From Candidatus Nomurabacteria bacterium GW2011_GWC2_42_20 (GTDB lineage: Bacteria > Patescibacteriota > Minisyncoccia > Phycocordibacterales > UBA1550): a DNA stretch of 55,376 nucleotides. Location: assembly GCA_000998425.1 (NCBI GenBank), contig LCDG01000006.1, positions 1 to 55,376 of the forward strand. Direction: 5' to 3'. Shown here one piece after another: positions 26,887-36,669 of this stretch (its first letter is position 1; each line of letters starts with the position of its first letter). Under the pieces are notes generated by a model. It was not told where the DNA came from. It worked only from the letters and a program-made list of their open reading frames with translations, and made no database searches. A program made the translations under genes and the position numbers.

Positions 26887-27108
26887 ATGTATATTCGCGT
26901 GCGCGTCTATGCTGGCGCTAAAAAGGAAATATTTGAAACGCATTCCAGTGATTCCTTTTTGATTTCAGTAAAGGAGCCAGCAGAGGGCAATCGCGCAAAT
27001 ACGCGGGTACTTGAGATTGTGGCAAGACATTTTGAGATAGAACCTAAGCAAATTCGCATTATTTCTGGGCATCATGCTCCAGGGAAAATATTATCGATAC
27101 CAGATTAG
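26887..27108 (+). CDS. DUF167 (YggU-like) protein
   Basis: VKEPAEGNRAN...IRIISG motif. Confidence 0.85.
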   Translation: MYIRVRVYAGAKKEIFETHSSDSFLISVKEPAEGNRANTRVLEIVARHFEIEPKQIRIISGHHAPGKILSIPD

Positions 27109-27170
27109 CAGTATATGAACTATAATCCCTTCACTTGCCTTCCTTGTTTGTGGAATGATATACTGTGTTT

Positions 27171-27542
27171 ATGAATATCAAAATTACAACAACAAATATT
27201 GAGCTTACGTCTGCAATTGAGTCATATGTAGATGAGAAGATGAGAAGTGTAGAAAAGTTTGCAATTCCGCACGAGAATGAAGAGCCGGTTGTAAGTGTTG
27301 AGATTGGAAAGACAACCAACCATCATCAGTCAGGAGATGTATTTCGAGCGGATGTGAACATGAAAGTTCGTGGAAAGCATTTTCGTGCAACATCAGAAAA
27401 AGATGACCTCTATGCGGCAATAGACGATATGCGCAATGAGCTCGTTCGTGAACTTTCTTCCCATAAGGAGAAGACGCGTACACTTGTGCGCAGAGGGGCA
27501 GGGATGATCAAAAATATGCTTCGATTTGGACGCGAGAAGTAA
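27171..27542 (+). CDS. hpf: Ribosome hibernation factor (HPF/RaiA family)
   Basis: NIELTSAIESYVDEK, DDLYAAID; promoter TTGCCT-18 bp-TATACT ends 6 nt before ATG. Confidence 0.9.
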   Translation: MNIKITTTNIELTSAIESYVDEKMRSVEKFAIPHENEEPVVSVEIGKTTNHHQSGDVFRADVNMKVRGKHFRATSEKDDLYAAIDDMRNELVRELSSHKEKTRTLVRRGAGMIKNMLRFGREK

Positions 27543-27568
27543 TACTAATAATTAATAGCGATAAAATT

Positions 27569-28198
27569 ATGAGTACACAAAATTATATTCTTACTGCTAT
27601 TGCGGTATCAGTTATCATTTTAATTGTGTGGATTAGTGGAGCAGAGAAAATACAACCAAAAGCGACAACGGAACCAGTTGCAACAGAAAATATAATAGAA
27701 ATAACCCCAGAAACAAATATGACAACAGTAATAATGACAACCAACCAAGGAGCGATCACACTAGAGCTTTTTGCCGAAACAAAACCAAAGACCGTGGAGA
27801 ATTTTGTGAAGCTTGCGAACGATGGATTTTACAATGGCACGCGTTTTCACCGTGTTATCAAAGGATTCATGATTCAAGGCGGAGACCCGCTTTCAAGGGA
27901 TGTTGCGAATCAGCCGAGATGGGGAACTGGCGGACCTGGTTATCAATTTGAAGATGAAATTGGTAATGATAATAAGAATGTAATTGGAACAATTTCAATG
28001 GCGAACTCAGGTCCAAATACAAACGGTAGTCAATTTTTTATCAACACCGCAAATAACAATTTCCTAGACACAAAGCACACAGTTTTTGGGAAAGTTGTCG
28101 CAGGAATGGATGTTGTATCAGCAATCGAGAACAACAAGACTGGTCAGAATGACCGCCCAATTGAGGATATGATTATTGAGAAGGTAGAATTGAAGTAA
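27569..28198 (+). CDS. Cyclophilin-type peptidyl-prolyl isomerase with N-terminal anchor
   Basis: FHRVIKGFMIQGGDP, MANSGPNTNGSQFFI, HTVFGKV. Confidence 0.95.
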   Translation: MSTQNYILTAIAVSVIILIVWISGAEKIQPKATTEPVATENIIEITPETNMTTVIMTTNQGAITLELFAETKPKTVENFVKLANDGFYNGTRFHRVIKGFMIQGGDPLSRDVANQPRWGTGGPGYQFEDEIGNDNKNVIGTISMANSGPNTNGSQFFINTANNNFLDTKHTVFGKVVAGMDVVSAIENNKTGQNDRPIEDMIIEKVELK

Positions 28199-28243
28199 AA
28201 CAAAAGACCGACACAAATTTGTGTCGGTCTTTTGTTTTACTTC
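28192..28243. terminator. Bidirectional terminator forming a 52-bp spacer-less palindrome
   Basis: gaagtaaaacaaaagaccgacacaaa|tttgtgtcggtcttttgttttacttc; includes both convergent stop codons. Confidence 0.9.
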
Positions 28244-29106
28244 TGACCTCTCAAAAAATCCTCATACGCCATTTCCTTCCTTCCTTCTGGTATTACACGG
28301 TCAATTACAAGAATCCCATTATCTAGGTGAGCCTCAGTAACAACAACACGAGTGTCTCGCCCATTTCGATTGGTTAAAAAGTATGCTCTTGGCCATGTGT
28401 CAAACGCGCGAATTTTTCGAAACATGCGCGTAGAATCGTCATCGAGATAGATTTGTCCGCTACCGCTCGTCATTTTTTTTGTGTATGTTGCATTATCATG
28501 ATCCTGTTCTACAGACTTGATGACACCAGACACCCAAAGGGGGATTGTTCTAACAAGAAGTTTACCTCCAAGCGTACCAAGTATTTCCTCAAGTTCTGCA
28601 CCTTTTGGTGGCCAGTTTGGCACTGTAATTTTTTCTTGTGCAACAATAGGGCCGTGGTCAATCTCATCGTCAATAAGCATAATAGTGACACCAGCTTCGT
28701 GTGGCAACCCGACAGGAGTGTCTTCTAAGATTGCTGATTGTATTGGCGATGCACCCCGTAGTTTTGGTAGAAGTGATGGGTGCACATTGAGTGTGCCGTG
28801 TTTTGGCAAGTCGAGAATCGTACGAGGAACGATTTTCCCATATGATGCAATTATAAATAGCTGACATCCGTAGGCTGACAGACGGCCTATAAATTCAGAA
28901 TCCAGCTTTTCTGGTTCAAGTGTTGGTATATTGTGTGTATCTGCCCAAACTCCTACTTCACTTTTTGTGACCTCGAGCCCCCGCCCTTTTTCTCTTGGCG
29001 GTGCAGTAACAATAAGAGAGGGGAGCAACCCTTCCTGTGCCATTTCGTCAAGTATAATTACTGAAATGCGTGACGTGCCCCAAAATGCAATACGTGTATT
29101 ATTCAT
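28237..29106 (-). CDS. fmt: Methionyl-tRNA formyltransferase
   Basis: ASYGKI, LNVHPSLLPKLRGASPIQ, DHGPI. Confidence 0.96.
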   Translation of the reverse strand: MNNTRIAFWGTSRISVIILDEMAQEGLLPSLIVTAPPREKGRGLEVTKSEVGVWADTHNIPTLEPEKLDSEFIGRLSAYGCQLFIIASYGKIVPRTILDLPKHGTLNVHPSLLPKLRGASPIQSAILEDTPVGLPHEAGVTIMLIDDEIDHGPIVAQEKITVPNWPPKGAELEEILGTLGGKLLVRTIPLWVSGVIKSVEQDHDNATYTKKMTSGSGQIYLDDDSTRMFRKIRAFDTWPRAYFLTNRNGRDTRVVVTEAHLDNGILVIDRVIPEGRKEMAYEDFLRGQK

Positions 29107-29698
29107 GATTATTTCGTGCCCCCTCAAGTCTTATTTTTTGCTCCTCTGCGGTTATTTTTTCTACATTGCGAGCGGAATCAATAAAAAGAGTGCCGTTCAA
29201 ATGATCTGTCTCGTGTTGAAATATTTGCGCTAGAAGCCCGCTTCCTCCCCATGTAAATACCTTGCCGTTTTCATCGTACGCGCGCACGGTTGCCTTTTCT
29301 GCGCGTGAGACCTCTCCATACAACCAACGTACCGAAAGGCATCCTTCTGGCATCCAAACTTTTTTTCGAGAGAGCTTAATGATGACAGGGTTTATGAAGA
29401 CCATGTTAGATCTCTTAATTTTTGGGCTATCGTGTGTATGCAATGAGTCCAGTTCATTGCGATCATCCTCGTCCTCTTCGTCGTCCGCATATTCAAACGC
29501 TCTATGGGATACTATAAATATACGCAAAGGAATGCCAATTTGTGGTGCTGCAATCGCAACACCATCCAGCTCCTTTTCCATGGCCGTTACCATGTCCCCC
29601 AATATCTTTTTGAGGCGTGGGGAAGAAAAATCCTTTGGATTTACTGGCTCAGCTTTTTCCCTAAGAATCGGATCTTCTTTTTGAACGATCATGACCAT
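29099..29698 (-). CDS. def: Peptide deformylase with acidic insertion
   Basis: GVAIAAPQIG, EGCLS, QHETDHLNG. Confidence 0.97.
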   Translation of the reverse strand: MVMIVQKEDPILREKAEPVNPKDFSSPRLKKILGDMVTAMEKELDGVAIAAPQIGIPLRIFIVSHRAFEYADDEEDEDDRNELDSLHTHDSPKIKRSNMVFINPVIIKLSRKKVWMPEGCLSVRWLYGEVSRAEKATVRAYDENGKVFTWGGSGLLAQIFQHETDHLNGTLFIDSARNVEKITAEEQKIRLEGARNNHE

Positions 29699-29737
29699 AA
29701 TTCCTGAAGCATACACTATTTTAATTTCTTTTTAAAG

Positions 29738-29797
29738 AATTCTAGAGTGACTGCTTATACGGTACTATAGTACCGTATAAGCAGTCACTCTAGAATT
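29738..29797. repeat. 60-bp perfect palindrome without spacer
   Basis: aattctagagtgactgcttatacggtacta|tagtaccgtataagcagtcactctagaatt. Confidence 0.95.
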
Positions 29798-31734
29798 TAC
29801 AGCAAATGGTCTGGGTTTATTTCAATGGTGAATTGCATGGGAAGCGATCGTAGCTTGGACAGAAGGTCCTGGTTTGGCCAGTTGTCTTCCGCAAGTTTTA
29901 TAATCATATGCATGCGGAAGACATTTTTTGGCTCACGTGCCATTGTTCCAGGCACGATTGGTGCATACTTTCCCAAAAAAAATTTAAGGCGCTCCATTTC
30001 TGAGGCTATTTCATCGCGTTTGCTACGCAGGGTTATTTTTATAATTGTTCCAAATGGTGGATAAGAAAATATTTTTCTAGTAGCAAGTTCGTTTTTTGTG
30101 AATTGTAATATACTACCAGAAAGCGCTTGCTCAAAAATGCTCACATCATCAGAGCGAGTTTGAATTAGTAATGACCCAATTGTTTTTTCACGAAGTGCGA
30201 GGATGAGAGCAAAAATGCGCTCAGGCATGCGAATATCTGGTATAGCAAATAGGGAGTCAACGGATACGATAGCGGTATTATCTATCGTACCAAGTAGCGG
30301 GATAGCCATTGGTGTCGCAACAAGTATGCCTCCAGTAGACTTTTGGAATTGTTCAATTATTTTTTTTGCTTGCGAACGAGTTTTTGCTCTGTCACCATCC
30401 AGGATAAATAATGGTGTTGTTGGAGAAAGTTTTAAAACTTCATCGCTGATGCGGTCTATGCCAATACCAACACCTTGAAGTTTCCACCCGCCACAATTTG
30501 GACATGTTTCATTGACATTGTTTTCAGGAATACGTGTGAACCCGCATCCATGACAGACGAACAACTGCGTTACTTGGTTTGCTGACGATTCCTTTTTGTG
30601 AATTACGAGCGGAGCGTCACATTCTGGGCATTTGACGAGAGTGCCACAGTCTCCGCATGTTGTTACAGGAGCGAGTCCTTTTCTTGCACACAGAAGGAGT
30701 ACTTTTTCGTTACGCACGCCCGCGTTTCGAAGAAGTTCTTTGAGTTCACTGCTTAGTAAAACCATTTCTCGACGACCAGTGCTTTCTCTTAATGATTTTT
30801 CTTCTTTACGCGGGTCTATCAGTATAGTTTTTGTGTTTCTGTTTGCTTCCTGACGAGCATATTGTGCGATACGAATAAATTCACCAATCACACCACTGGT
30901 AACCCTTTCATATGTCTCAGGGCGTAGTATTGGCGCCCCAATAATGAGCGTGCTCATAGAAGCTCTCGCGTATTCCTCTATAAACCCTCGCAAATCAGTT
31001 GGCGTTCGAGACGGCATTTTCCATGCATTGGAGTGCTCTTCTTCTAGAATGATTGTATTAAAATATCGCGGGAGGCTAAGATATTGTGTGGTTCCAACAA
31101 CAAGAATCGCATGTCTTTCAGATAGAGCGTTTTCCCACCTTTCAAAGACGCGCTTTTTGGTTAAGCTGCTGTGAAAAGTAAATGTATAGTTTTCAATACC
31201 TCGCTCAAGTTCTTTTGATATACGCAAAACATCGTCTTCTGTTGGAACGCAAATATAGATCGATTCGTGTCTAATGAACGCCTCACGAACAAGCCTGCGA
31301 TATGCCTCGAGGCGCATTTGCGTGGTTTCTTGAATTGCATTAATCTCGAAACTGCCAGCAGTTTTGTTTATTTTAGGTTCATTAAGCGTTCCATTAATGT
31401 GAGCATCCAATATTATTTTTGGTGTGAGAGAAAGAAGCACTTCTCCAAACTTTTGAGCTGTTGCGTTTGCAGTTTCTTCTACAGCTTTTAGAAATGATGG
31501 TAACCAAATACGACGTGGATGAGCGCGTGTTATTTTTCTTATTGCATAATCAGATGATTTTAGTGACGTTTTTGCGTCAGATACTTCTCTTGATTCGAGT
31601 ACAATGGCCGGGACCTCACGTGTGCGTATTGGAGCGATGATTACCATTCCAGCGGGAATTGGCTCTTTTGAAAAATATGTAAGTGAGCCTTGTAGTGCGC
31701 CACGAACGATTGGAGCAACGGTAATTATTTGCAT
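29797..31734 (-). CDS. priA: Primosomal protein N' (PriA), helicase motifs degenerate
   Basis: N-terminal 3'-binding-domain pattern, EEEH, RKG + four CxxC pairs, GIGIDRI, IQT, YPPF; no Walker A. Confidence 0.85.
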   Translation of the reverse strand: MQIITVAPIVRGALQGSLTYFSKEPIPAGMVIIAPIRTREVPAIVLESREVSDAKTSLKSSDYAIRKITRAHPRRIWLPSFLKAVEETANATAQKFGEVLLSLTPKIILDAHINGTLNEPKINKTAGSFEINAIQETTQMRLEAYRRLVREAFIRHESIYICVPTEDDVLRISKELERGIENYTFTFHSSLTKKRVFERWENALSERHAILVVGTTQYLSLPRYFNTIILEEEHSNAWKMPSRTPTDLRGFIEEYARASMSTLIIGAPILRPETYERVTSGVIGEFIRIAQYARQEANRNTKTILIDPRKEEKSLRESTGRREMVLLSSELKELLRNAGVRNEKVLLLCARKGLAPVTTCGDCGTLVKCPECDAPLVIHKKESSANQVTQLFVCHGCGFTRIPENNVNETCPNCGGWKLQGVGIGIDRISDEVLKLSPTTPLFILDGDRAKTRSQAKKIIEQFQKSTGGILVATPMAIPLLGTIDNTAIVSVDSLFAIPDIRMPERIFALILALREKTIGSLLIQTRSDDVSIFEQALSGSILQFTKNELATRKIFSYPPFGTIIKITLRSKRDEIASEMERLKFFLGKYAPIVPGTMAREPKNVFRMHMIIKLAEDNWPNQDLLSKLRSLPMQFTIEINPDHLL

Positions 31735-31853
31735 CTGTTCATGATAATAGAAAAAGCTAAAAATATAAAATTTGTGTCGTATGTTGTATTACCACATAAA
31801 GTATTCGTTTGGTCAAAACGACCACAACGTAGTAGTATACGAGGTACATCTCT

Positions 31854-33152
31854 ATGAGCAACACATTTGTTATTAAAGGTTTTGGTGGTGAGCGAAAGCT
31901 ACACGGTAAAGTGTCTATTACTGGCGCAAAAAATGCGGCACTAAAGGCCATTGCGTCAACAGTTCTTTTTCGCGACACTGTTACTCTTACCAATATTCCT
32001 GAAATCAATGACACATTCCGCATGTTCGACCTACTAAAAGACATGGGGGCAGATGTTGTGAATTTAAAACACGGAGTGTATACAGTTTTAATCCCTCGTG
32101 GTTTTGCGACAGAGCTTTCTCCTGGGATTGCAAAACGTATGCGTTCATCCATAGTGCTCACTGGCCCTGTCTTAGCGCGTTATGGAAAGGTTTCCTTCCC
32201 GCATCCTGGCGGTTGTGTTATTGGCGCGCGACCACTCGATTTGTTTGTAGATGGTTTTGAAAAAATGGGAGCAAAAGTATCAGTAAAAGATGACTCATAT
32301 GTTGTTGAGGCAAAGGATGGTCTTAAAGGAGCGGAGTTTTTTCTTAAAAATCAAAGCGTTACAGTTACAGAAACCTTTATGATGGCTGGAGTATTAGCAA
32401 GTGGAAGTACTATTATAAAAAATGCCGCAATGGAACCAGAGATCGCTGATCTCGCACAATTTTTAAATAAATGCGGTGCAAAGATTATTGGAGCTGGCAC
32501 GCCAACAATAATCATCAAGGGAGGGAAGCTTTTGGCCGGAGCCAGGAAGCCGTACAAAACAATGCCAGATCGCATAGAAGCGGGAAGTTTCCTTGTTCTC
32601 GGAGCATTGGCTTCGCGAGAGCTTCATATTACAAATTGCAACCCGGCACACCTAGAATCTCCAATAGAGCTCCTTCGCAGCGCTGGTGTCAGCATAGAAA
32701 CAAAAAAAACTGAAATAATAGTGCGCGCGCCATCGAAGCTTCGCGCCGTTGATGTTAAAACACATGAGTACCCAGGCTTCCCAACAGATTTGCAGGCGCC
32801 AATGACAGTACTTCTTACTCAGGCAGAAGGTGAGAGTAAAGTATTTGAGACTATTTTTGAGGGGCGCTTAAACTATACGGAATCACTTTCTGCTATGGGA
32901 GCGTCTATTACAATGATGGATCCTCATAGAGTGCTTGTGCGTGGGAAGTCAGAGCTACGTGGACGAAAGCTTACGAGCCCAGATCTCCGTGCGGGACTTG
33001 CATTCGTTATTGCAGCCGTTGTTGCAAAAGGGGAGTCTGTCATCCATAATGTGGATACGACGATAGACAGAGGATATGAAGATATCGAAAATCGTTTGCG
33101 TGCCATTGGTGTAGAAATAGAACGAGCTCAAGTATTATCTGAAAGCGTATAA
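31854..33152 (+). CDS. murA: UDP-N-acetylglucosamine 1-carboxyvinyltransferase
   Basis: GAKNAAL, PGGCVIGARP (catalytic Cys), YPGFPTDLQ, DLRAG, IDRGYE. Confidence 0.98.
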   Translation: MSNTFVIKGFGGERKLHGKVSITGAKNAALKAIASTVLFRDTVTLTNIPEINDTFRMFDLLKDMGADVVNLKHGVYTVLIPRGFATELSPGIAKRMRSSIVLTGPVLARYGKVSFPHPGGCVIGARPLDLFVDGFEKMGAKVSVKDDSYVVEAKDGLKGAEFFLKNQSVTVTETFMMAGVLASGSTIIKNAAMEPEIADLAQFLNKCGAKIIGAGTPTIIIKGGKLLAGARKPYKTMPDRIEAGSFLVLGALASRELHITNCNPAHLESPIELLRSAGVSIETKKTEIIVRAPSKLRAVDVKTHEYPGFPTDLQAPMTVLLTQAEGESKVFETIFEGRLNYTESLSAMGASITMMDPHRVLVRGKSELRGRKLTSPDLRAGLAFVIAAVVAKGESVIHNVDTTIDRGYEDIENRLRAIGVEIERAQVLSESV

Positions 33153-33154
33153 TT

Positions 33155-34168
33155 ATGGGAATTTTTGTAACAAAAATAGGTATAGATCTCGGCACAGCAA
33201 ATACACTCGTGTATATTCCTGGTAAGGGTATTGTTCTCAATGAACCGTCTGTTGTTGCTGTTGACCAGCAAACAAATCGCATTATGGCTGTTGGTCTCGA
33301 AGCAAAACAAATGATCGGTCGCACCCCAGACAACATTGTCGCATATCGTCCCATGAAGGATGGTGTTATTGCTGACTATCGTGTGACCGAGGCCATGATT
33401 CGATACTATATGAGCAAGGCGCTTGGTAAGTGGAATATTTTGAAACCTGAAGTAATGGTATCTGTTCCTGCAGGCGTGTCGTCGACAGAACGTCGTGCAG
33501 TTATTGAAGCTACCATCAAGGCAGGAGCAAAAAATGTGTATGTGGTAAAGGAACCCATCCTTGCGGCAATAGGTGCAGGCATCCCAATTTATGAAGCGCG
33601 TGGACATATGGTTGTTGATATTGGTGGTGGCACGACAGATGTTGCGGTGATATCTTTAGGCGGAATTGTTGCTTCAACATCAGTTAAGTGCGCAGGAAAT
33701 AAAATAGATCATGCGATTGCCGATTACATTAAAAAAACATTCAATCTAGCTATTGGTGACCGCACCGCAGAGGAGATAAAGGTTCGTATTGGGTCGGCTG
33801 TGTCAATGGACGACGAGCTTTTATTGACTATCAAGGGTCGTGATTATGTTACTGGTTTGCCACGCACAGCTCAGGTGACGACCAATGAAATAGTAAAGGC
33901 AATTGATCGAGAACTTCGTGAGATTGTCCGCGCTATTAAGGATGTGTTACAGGAGACCCCGCCAGAGCTTTCTGCTGATATTATTGATCAAGGTATAATT
34001 ATGACAGGTGGTTCGTCGCAGCTTCGAAATTTACCTGAGCTGGTAGTCCGTCGCACTGGTGTGAAGGCAGTTCTTGCAGAGGATGCTCTTTATTGTGTGG
34101 TAAAAGGTACAGGGATTGCCCTAGAACATTTGGATACATACAAGAAAAGCATCCTCGCCAAAAAATAG
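33155..34168 (+). CDS. mreB: Rod shape-determining protein MreB/Mbl, paralog 1
   Basis: GIDLGTANT, NEPSVVA, DIGGGTTD, TPPELSADI. Confidence 0.93.
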   Translation: MGIFVTKIGIDLGTANTLVYIPGKGIVLNEPSVVAVDQQTNRIMAVGLEAKQMIGRTPDNIVAYRPMKDGVIADYRVTEAMIRYYMSKALGKWNILKPEVMVSVPAGVSSTERRAVIEATIKAGAKNVYVVKEPILAAIGAGIPIYEARGHMVVDIGGGTTDVAVISLGGIVASTSVKCAGNKIDHAIADYIKKTFNLAIGDRTAEEIKVRIGSAVSMDDELLLTIKGRDYVTGLPRTAQVTTNEIVKAIDRELREIVRAIKDVLQETPPELSADIIDQGIIMTGGSSQLRNLPELVVRRTGVKAVLAEDALYCVVKGTGIALEHLDTYKKSILAKK

Positions 34169-34184
34169 TTTAGCTCGCTATGAG

Positions 34185-34889
34185 GTGAATGCTATGGATT
34201 ATATTTTTGAAAACTATAAAAAAACTGGATACCTGCACCACGCGCATGTGATTGAAGGTGCATACGATATTGTTGTTCCTGCTATTACAGTCGCCATAGC
34301 AAAACATTTGAATATAGATGCGCAAGGCAATCCAGATTTTGTTGTTCAACACTACGAGTCATTTGGTGTTGATGAAGCACGCTCTCTCAAAGCCGCGCAG
34401 GCACGCTCTGGCTTCGGCTCTTCTCGCAAAATTTTTGTTATTGGCACGAATTCTTTTACGCGCGAGGCTCAAAACGCACTTTTGAAAACATTTGAAGAAC
34501 CGACCGCAGGCACGCACTTTTTTATCATTCTTCCGCGCGCTGAAACTCTTCTGCCAACACTGCTCTCTCGCGTACTTGTAGTTTCTGGGAAGATAGAGTA
34601 TGAGGATGACGCAAAAGCACTGGCTGAAAAATTTATTGATGCTAGTCTAGAAGAGCGTTTTGCAATGGCAAAAAAACTTGCCGAGAAGAAAGCAGGTGAA
34701 ACTGTTGACCGCGAGCTATTTCGCCGTATGCTTGACCACATAGAGCGTATTTTATATACAAGAACAGCAGGCGAACGTGATGATTCAACAGCCAGTGTTT
34801 TTCGCGAAATCTTTCAAGCAAAGACTTATCTTGCAGACCGTGGCTCGTCACCAAAAATGCTTCTTGAGCATCTAGCTGTGATATTGTAG
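34185..34889 (+). CDS. holB: DNA polymerase III delta-prime-like subunit, shortened
   Basis: LHHA, NPDF, EAQNALLKTFEEP, LLPTLLSR. Confidence 0.8.
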   Translation: MNAMDYIFENYKKTGYLHHAHVIEGAYDIVVPAITVAIAKHLNIDAQGNPDFVVQHYESFGVDEARSLKAAQARSGFGSSRKIFVIGTNSFTREAQNALLKTFEEPTAGTHFFIILPRAETLLPTLLSRVLVVSGKIEYEDDAKALAEKFIDASLEERFAMAKKLAEKKAGETVDRELFRRMLDHIERILYTRTAGERDDSTASVFREIFQAKTYLADRGSSPKMLLEHLAVIL

Positions 34890-34941
34890 TCATGTTGCAA
34901 GTATTGAATTAGGCGCTATTTCTTGCTAGACTATCGCACAT

Positions 34942-35463
34942 ATGACATACGATTTTTCGGGATTCAAAAAGAAGATGGGGGATGTGGCCGAGCACTTGAG
35001 TAAAGAGCTTTCCGCTATCCACACTGGACGCGCATCGAGCGCGATTCTTGACGGGATTTTCATTGAGTCGTACGGTGCACATTTGGCTGTGCAACACGTG
35101 GCTACTATTGCCAACGAAGATGCGCGTACGCTTAGAATAGTTCCTTGGGAGAAAGCAAATGGCAAAGAGATAGAGAAGGCGATTAATGCGGCAAACCTCG
35201 GTATTTCAGTTTCTACAGATGATTCAGGGCTTCGTATTTTTTTCCCACCGCTTACGACAGAGCGTCGTATAGCATTTACAAAGATCGTGCGTGATAAGGT
35301 TGAGGATGCACGTGTGACAGTAAAGGGTGATCGTGAGAAAACAAAGAACGATATCATTGAAACAGAGCGCGATGGCGATATGAGCGAGGATGAAAAGACT
35401 CGCGCGCTTGAGGATTTGCAAAAGCTTGTAGATGAAGCAAATGGAGAGATCTTAGGCGAGTAG
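34942..35463 (+). CDS. frr: Ribosome recycling factor, C-terminal helix shortened
   Basis: IHTGRAS, IEKAI, PPLTTERR, MSEDE; 173 aa. Confidence 0.93.
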   Translation: MTYDFSGFKKKMGDVAEHLSKELSAIHTGRASSAILDGIFIESYGAHLAVQHVATIANEDARTLRIVPWEKANGKEIEKAINAANLGISVSTDDSGLRIFFPPLTTERRIAFTKIVRDKVEDARVTVKGDREKTKNDIIETERDGDMSEDEKTRALEDLQKLVDEANGEILGE

Positions 35464-35532
35464 AAGCCACATATTTCAAATGAGCAGTTATTGTATAGTC
35501 GGAACCTAGGACGACAAGCACTGTCAATACCA

Positions 35533-36621
35533 ATGTCTATAATTTTATTCATCATCATATTAGCAGCATTGATCCTTGTGCACGAGCTTGGTCATTTTAT
35601 TGCTGCAAAACGCGCAGGTGTGCGAGTAGATGAATTCGGCCTCGGTTTCCCACCACGCCTTTTTCAGAAGAAAATAGGGGAGACGGTGTATTCTATAAAT
35701 GCTTTTCCTATTGGAGGATTTGTAAAGATTTTTGGAGAGGATCCAAACGAGGAATCATTAAGAGGTATAGACTCACCACGCAGTTTGTCCCACAAGAAAC
35801 GATATGTGCAGGCGTGGATTATTTCTGCTGGAGTTGTTTTTAATCTGCTTTTTGCGTGGTTGCTTATTAGTTTGGGCTTTATGGTCGGGCTTCCTCATTC
35901 TGTGGATGACACTAAGTACGGCGCTCGCGTACAAAATCCTGGTCTTACAATTACACAGGTATTACCATCATCCCCTGCGCAGGAAGCAGGCCTTAAAGGT
36001 GGTGACATTATTGTAAATATTGATTCCGGGTCAGACAGCATCACAAATCCTGGGATAGATGCTACTCAAGAGTTCATATCTACGCATAATGATATAAACA
36101 TTACTTACCTTCGTGGTGCAGAAGCCAAAACAATTGCGCTACAAAGCGAAGAAGGGATTGTGGACGGTCGTCGCGCAATAGGTATCTCGATGGATATTAC
36201 AGGTATTCTTAAGCTTCCGATTCATGAAGCATTTTTCGCAGGACTTTTTACTACCTCAGAAATGACATATGCGATGGCGATAGGTATCTTTGATTTTTTA
36301 AAAAATATATTCATAGGACAGGCAGATTTTCAGGATGTAGCTGGTCCCGTTGGTATTGTTGGAATCGTTAGTGATGCTGGGGCGCTAGGTTTTATACATC
36401 TAATCTCACTTACAGCAGTTATTTCGATAAATCTAGCAATAATAAATTTATTACCGTTCCCTGCGCTTGATGGGGGGCGTCTGTTCTTCCTTCTCATAGA
36501 GGCAATCAAACGGTCACCAATAAAACCTGAAGTCGCAAATATCGCAAACGGAATTGGGTTTATTGTCCTAATTGCAGTTATGGTTGCCGTAACATTCCAC
36601 GATATTGCAAAACTGATTTAG
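35533..36621 (+). CDS. rseP: RseP-like M50 intramembrane protease with PDZ domain
   Basis: HELGH, AGVVFN, SPAQEAGLKGGD, NLLPFPALDGGR. Confidence 0.92.
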   Translation: MSIILFIIILAALILVHELGHFIAAKRAGVRVDEFGLGFPPRLFQKKIGETVYSINAFPIGGFVKIFGEDPNEESLRGIDSPRSLSHKKRYVQAWIISAGVVFNLLFAWLLISLGFMVGLPHSVDDTKYGARVQNPGLTITQVLPSSPAQEAGLKGGDIIVNIDSGSDSITNPGIDATQEFISTHNDINITYLRGAEAKTIALQSEEGIVDGRRAIGISMDITGILKLPIHEAFFAGLFTTSEMTYAMAIGIFDFLKNIFIGQADFQDVAGPVGIVGIVSDAGALGFIHLISLTAVISINLAIINLLPFPALDGGRLFFLLIEAIKRSPIKPEVANIANGIGFIVLIAVMVAVTFHDIAKLI

Positions 36622-36629
36622 GTTAATAA

Positions 36630-36659
36630 AAAACAGGAAGCAAAAATGCTTCCTGTTTT
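36630..36659. terminator. Bidirectional terminator
   Basis: aaaacaggaagca / tgcttcctgtttt. Confidence 0.85.
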
Positions 36660-36669
36660 AACTTGCATC

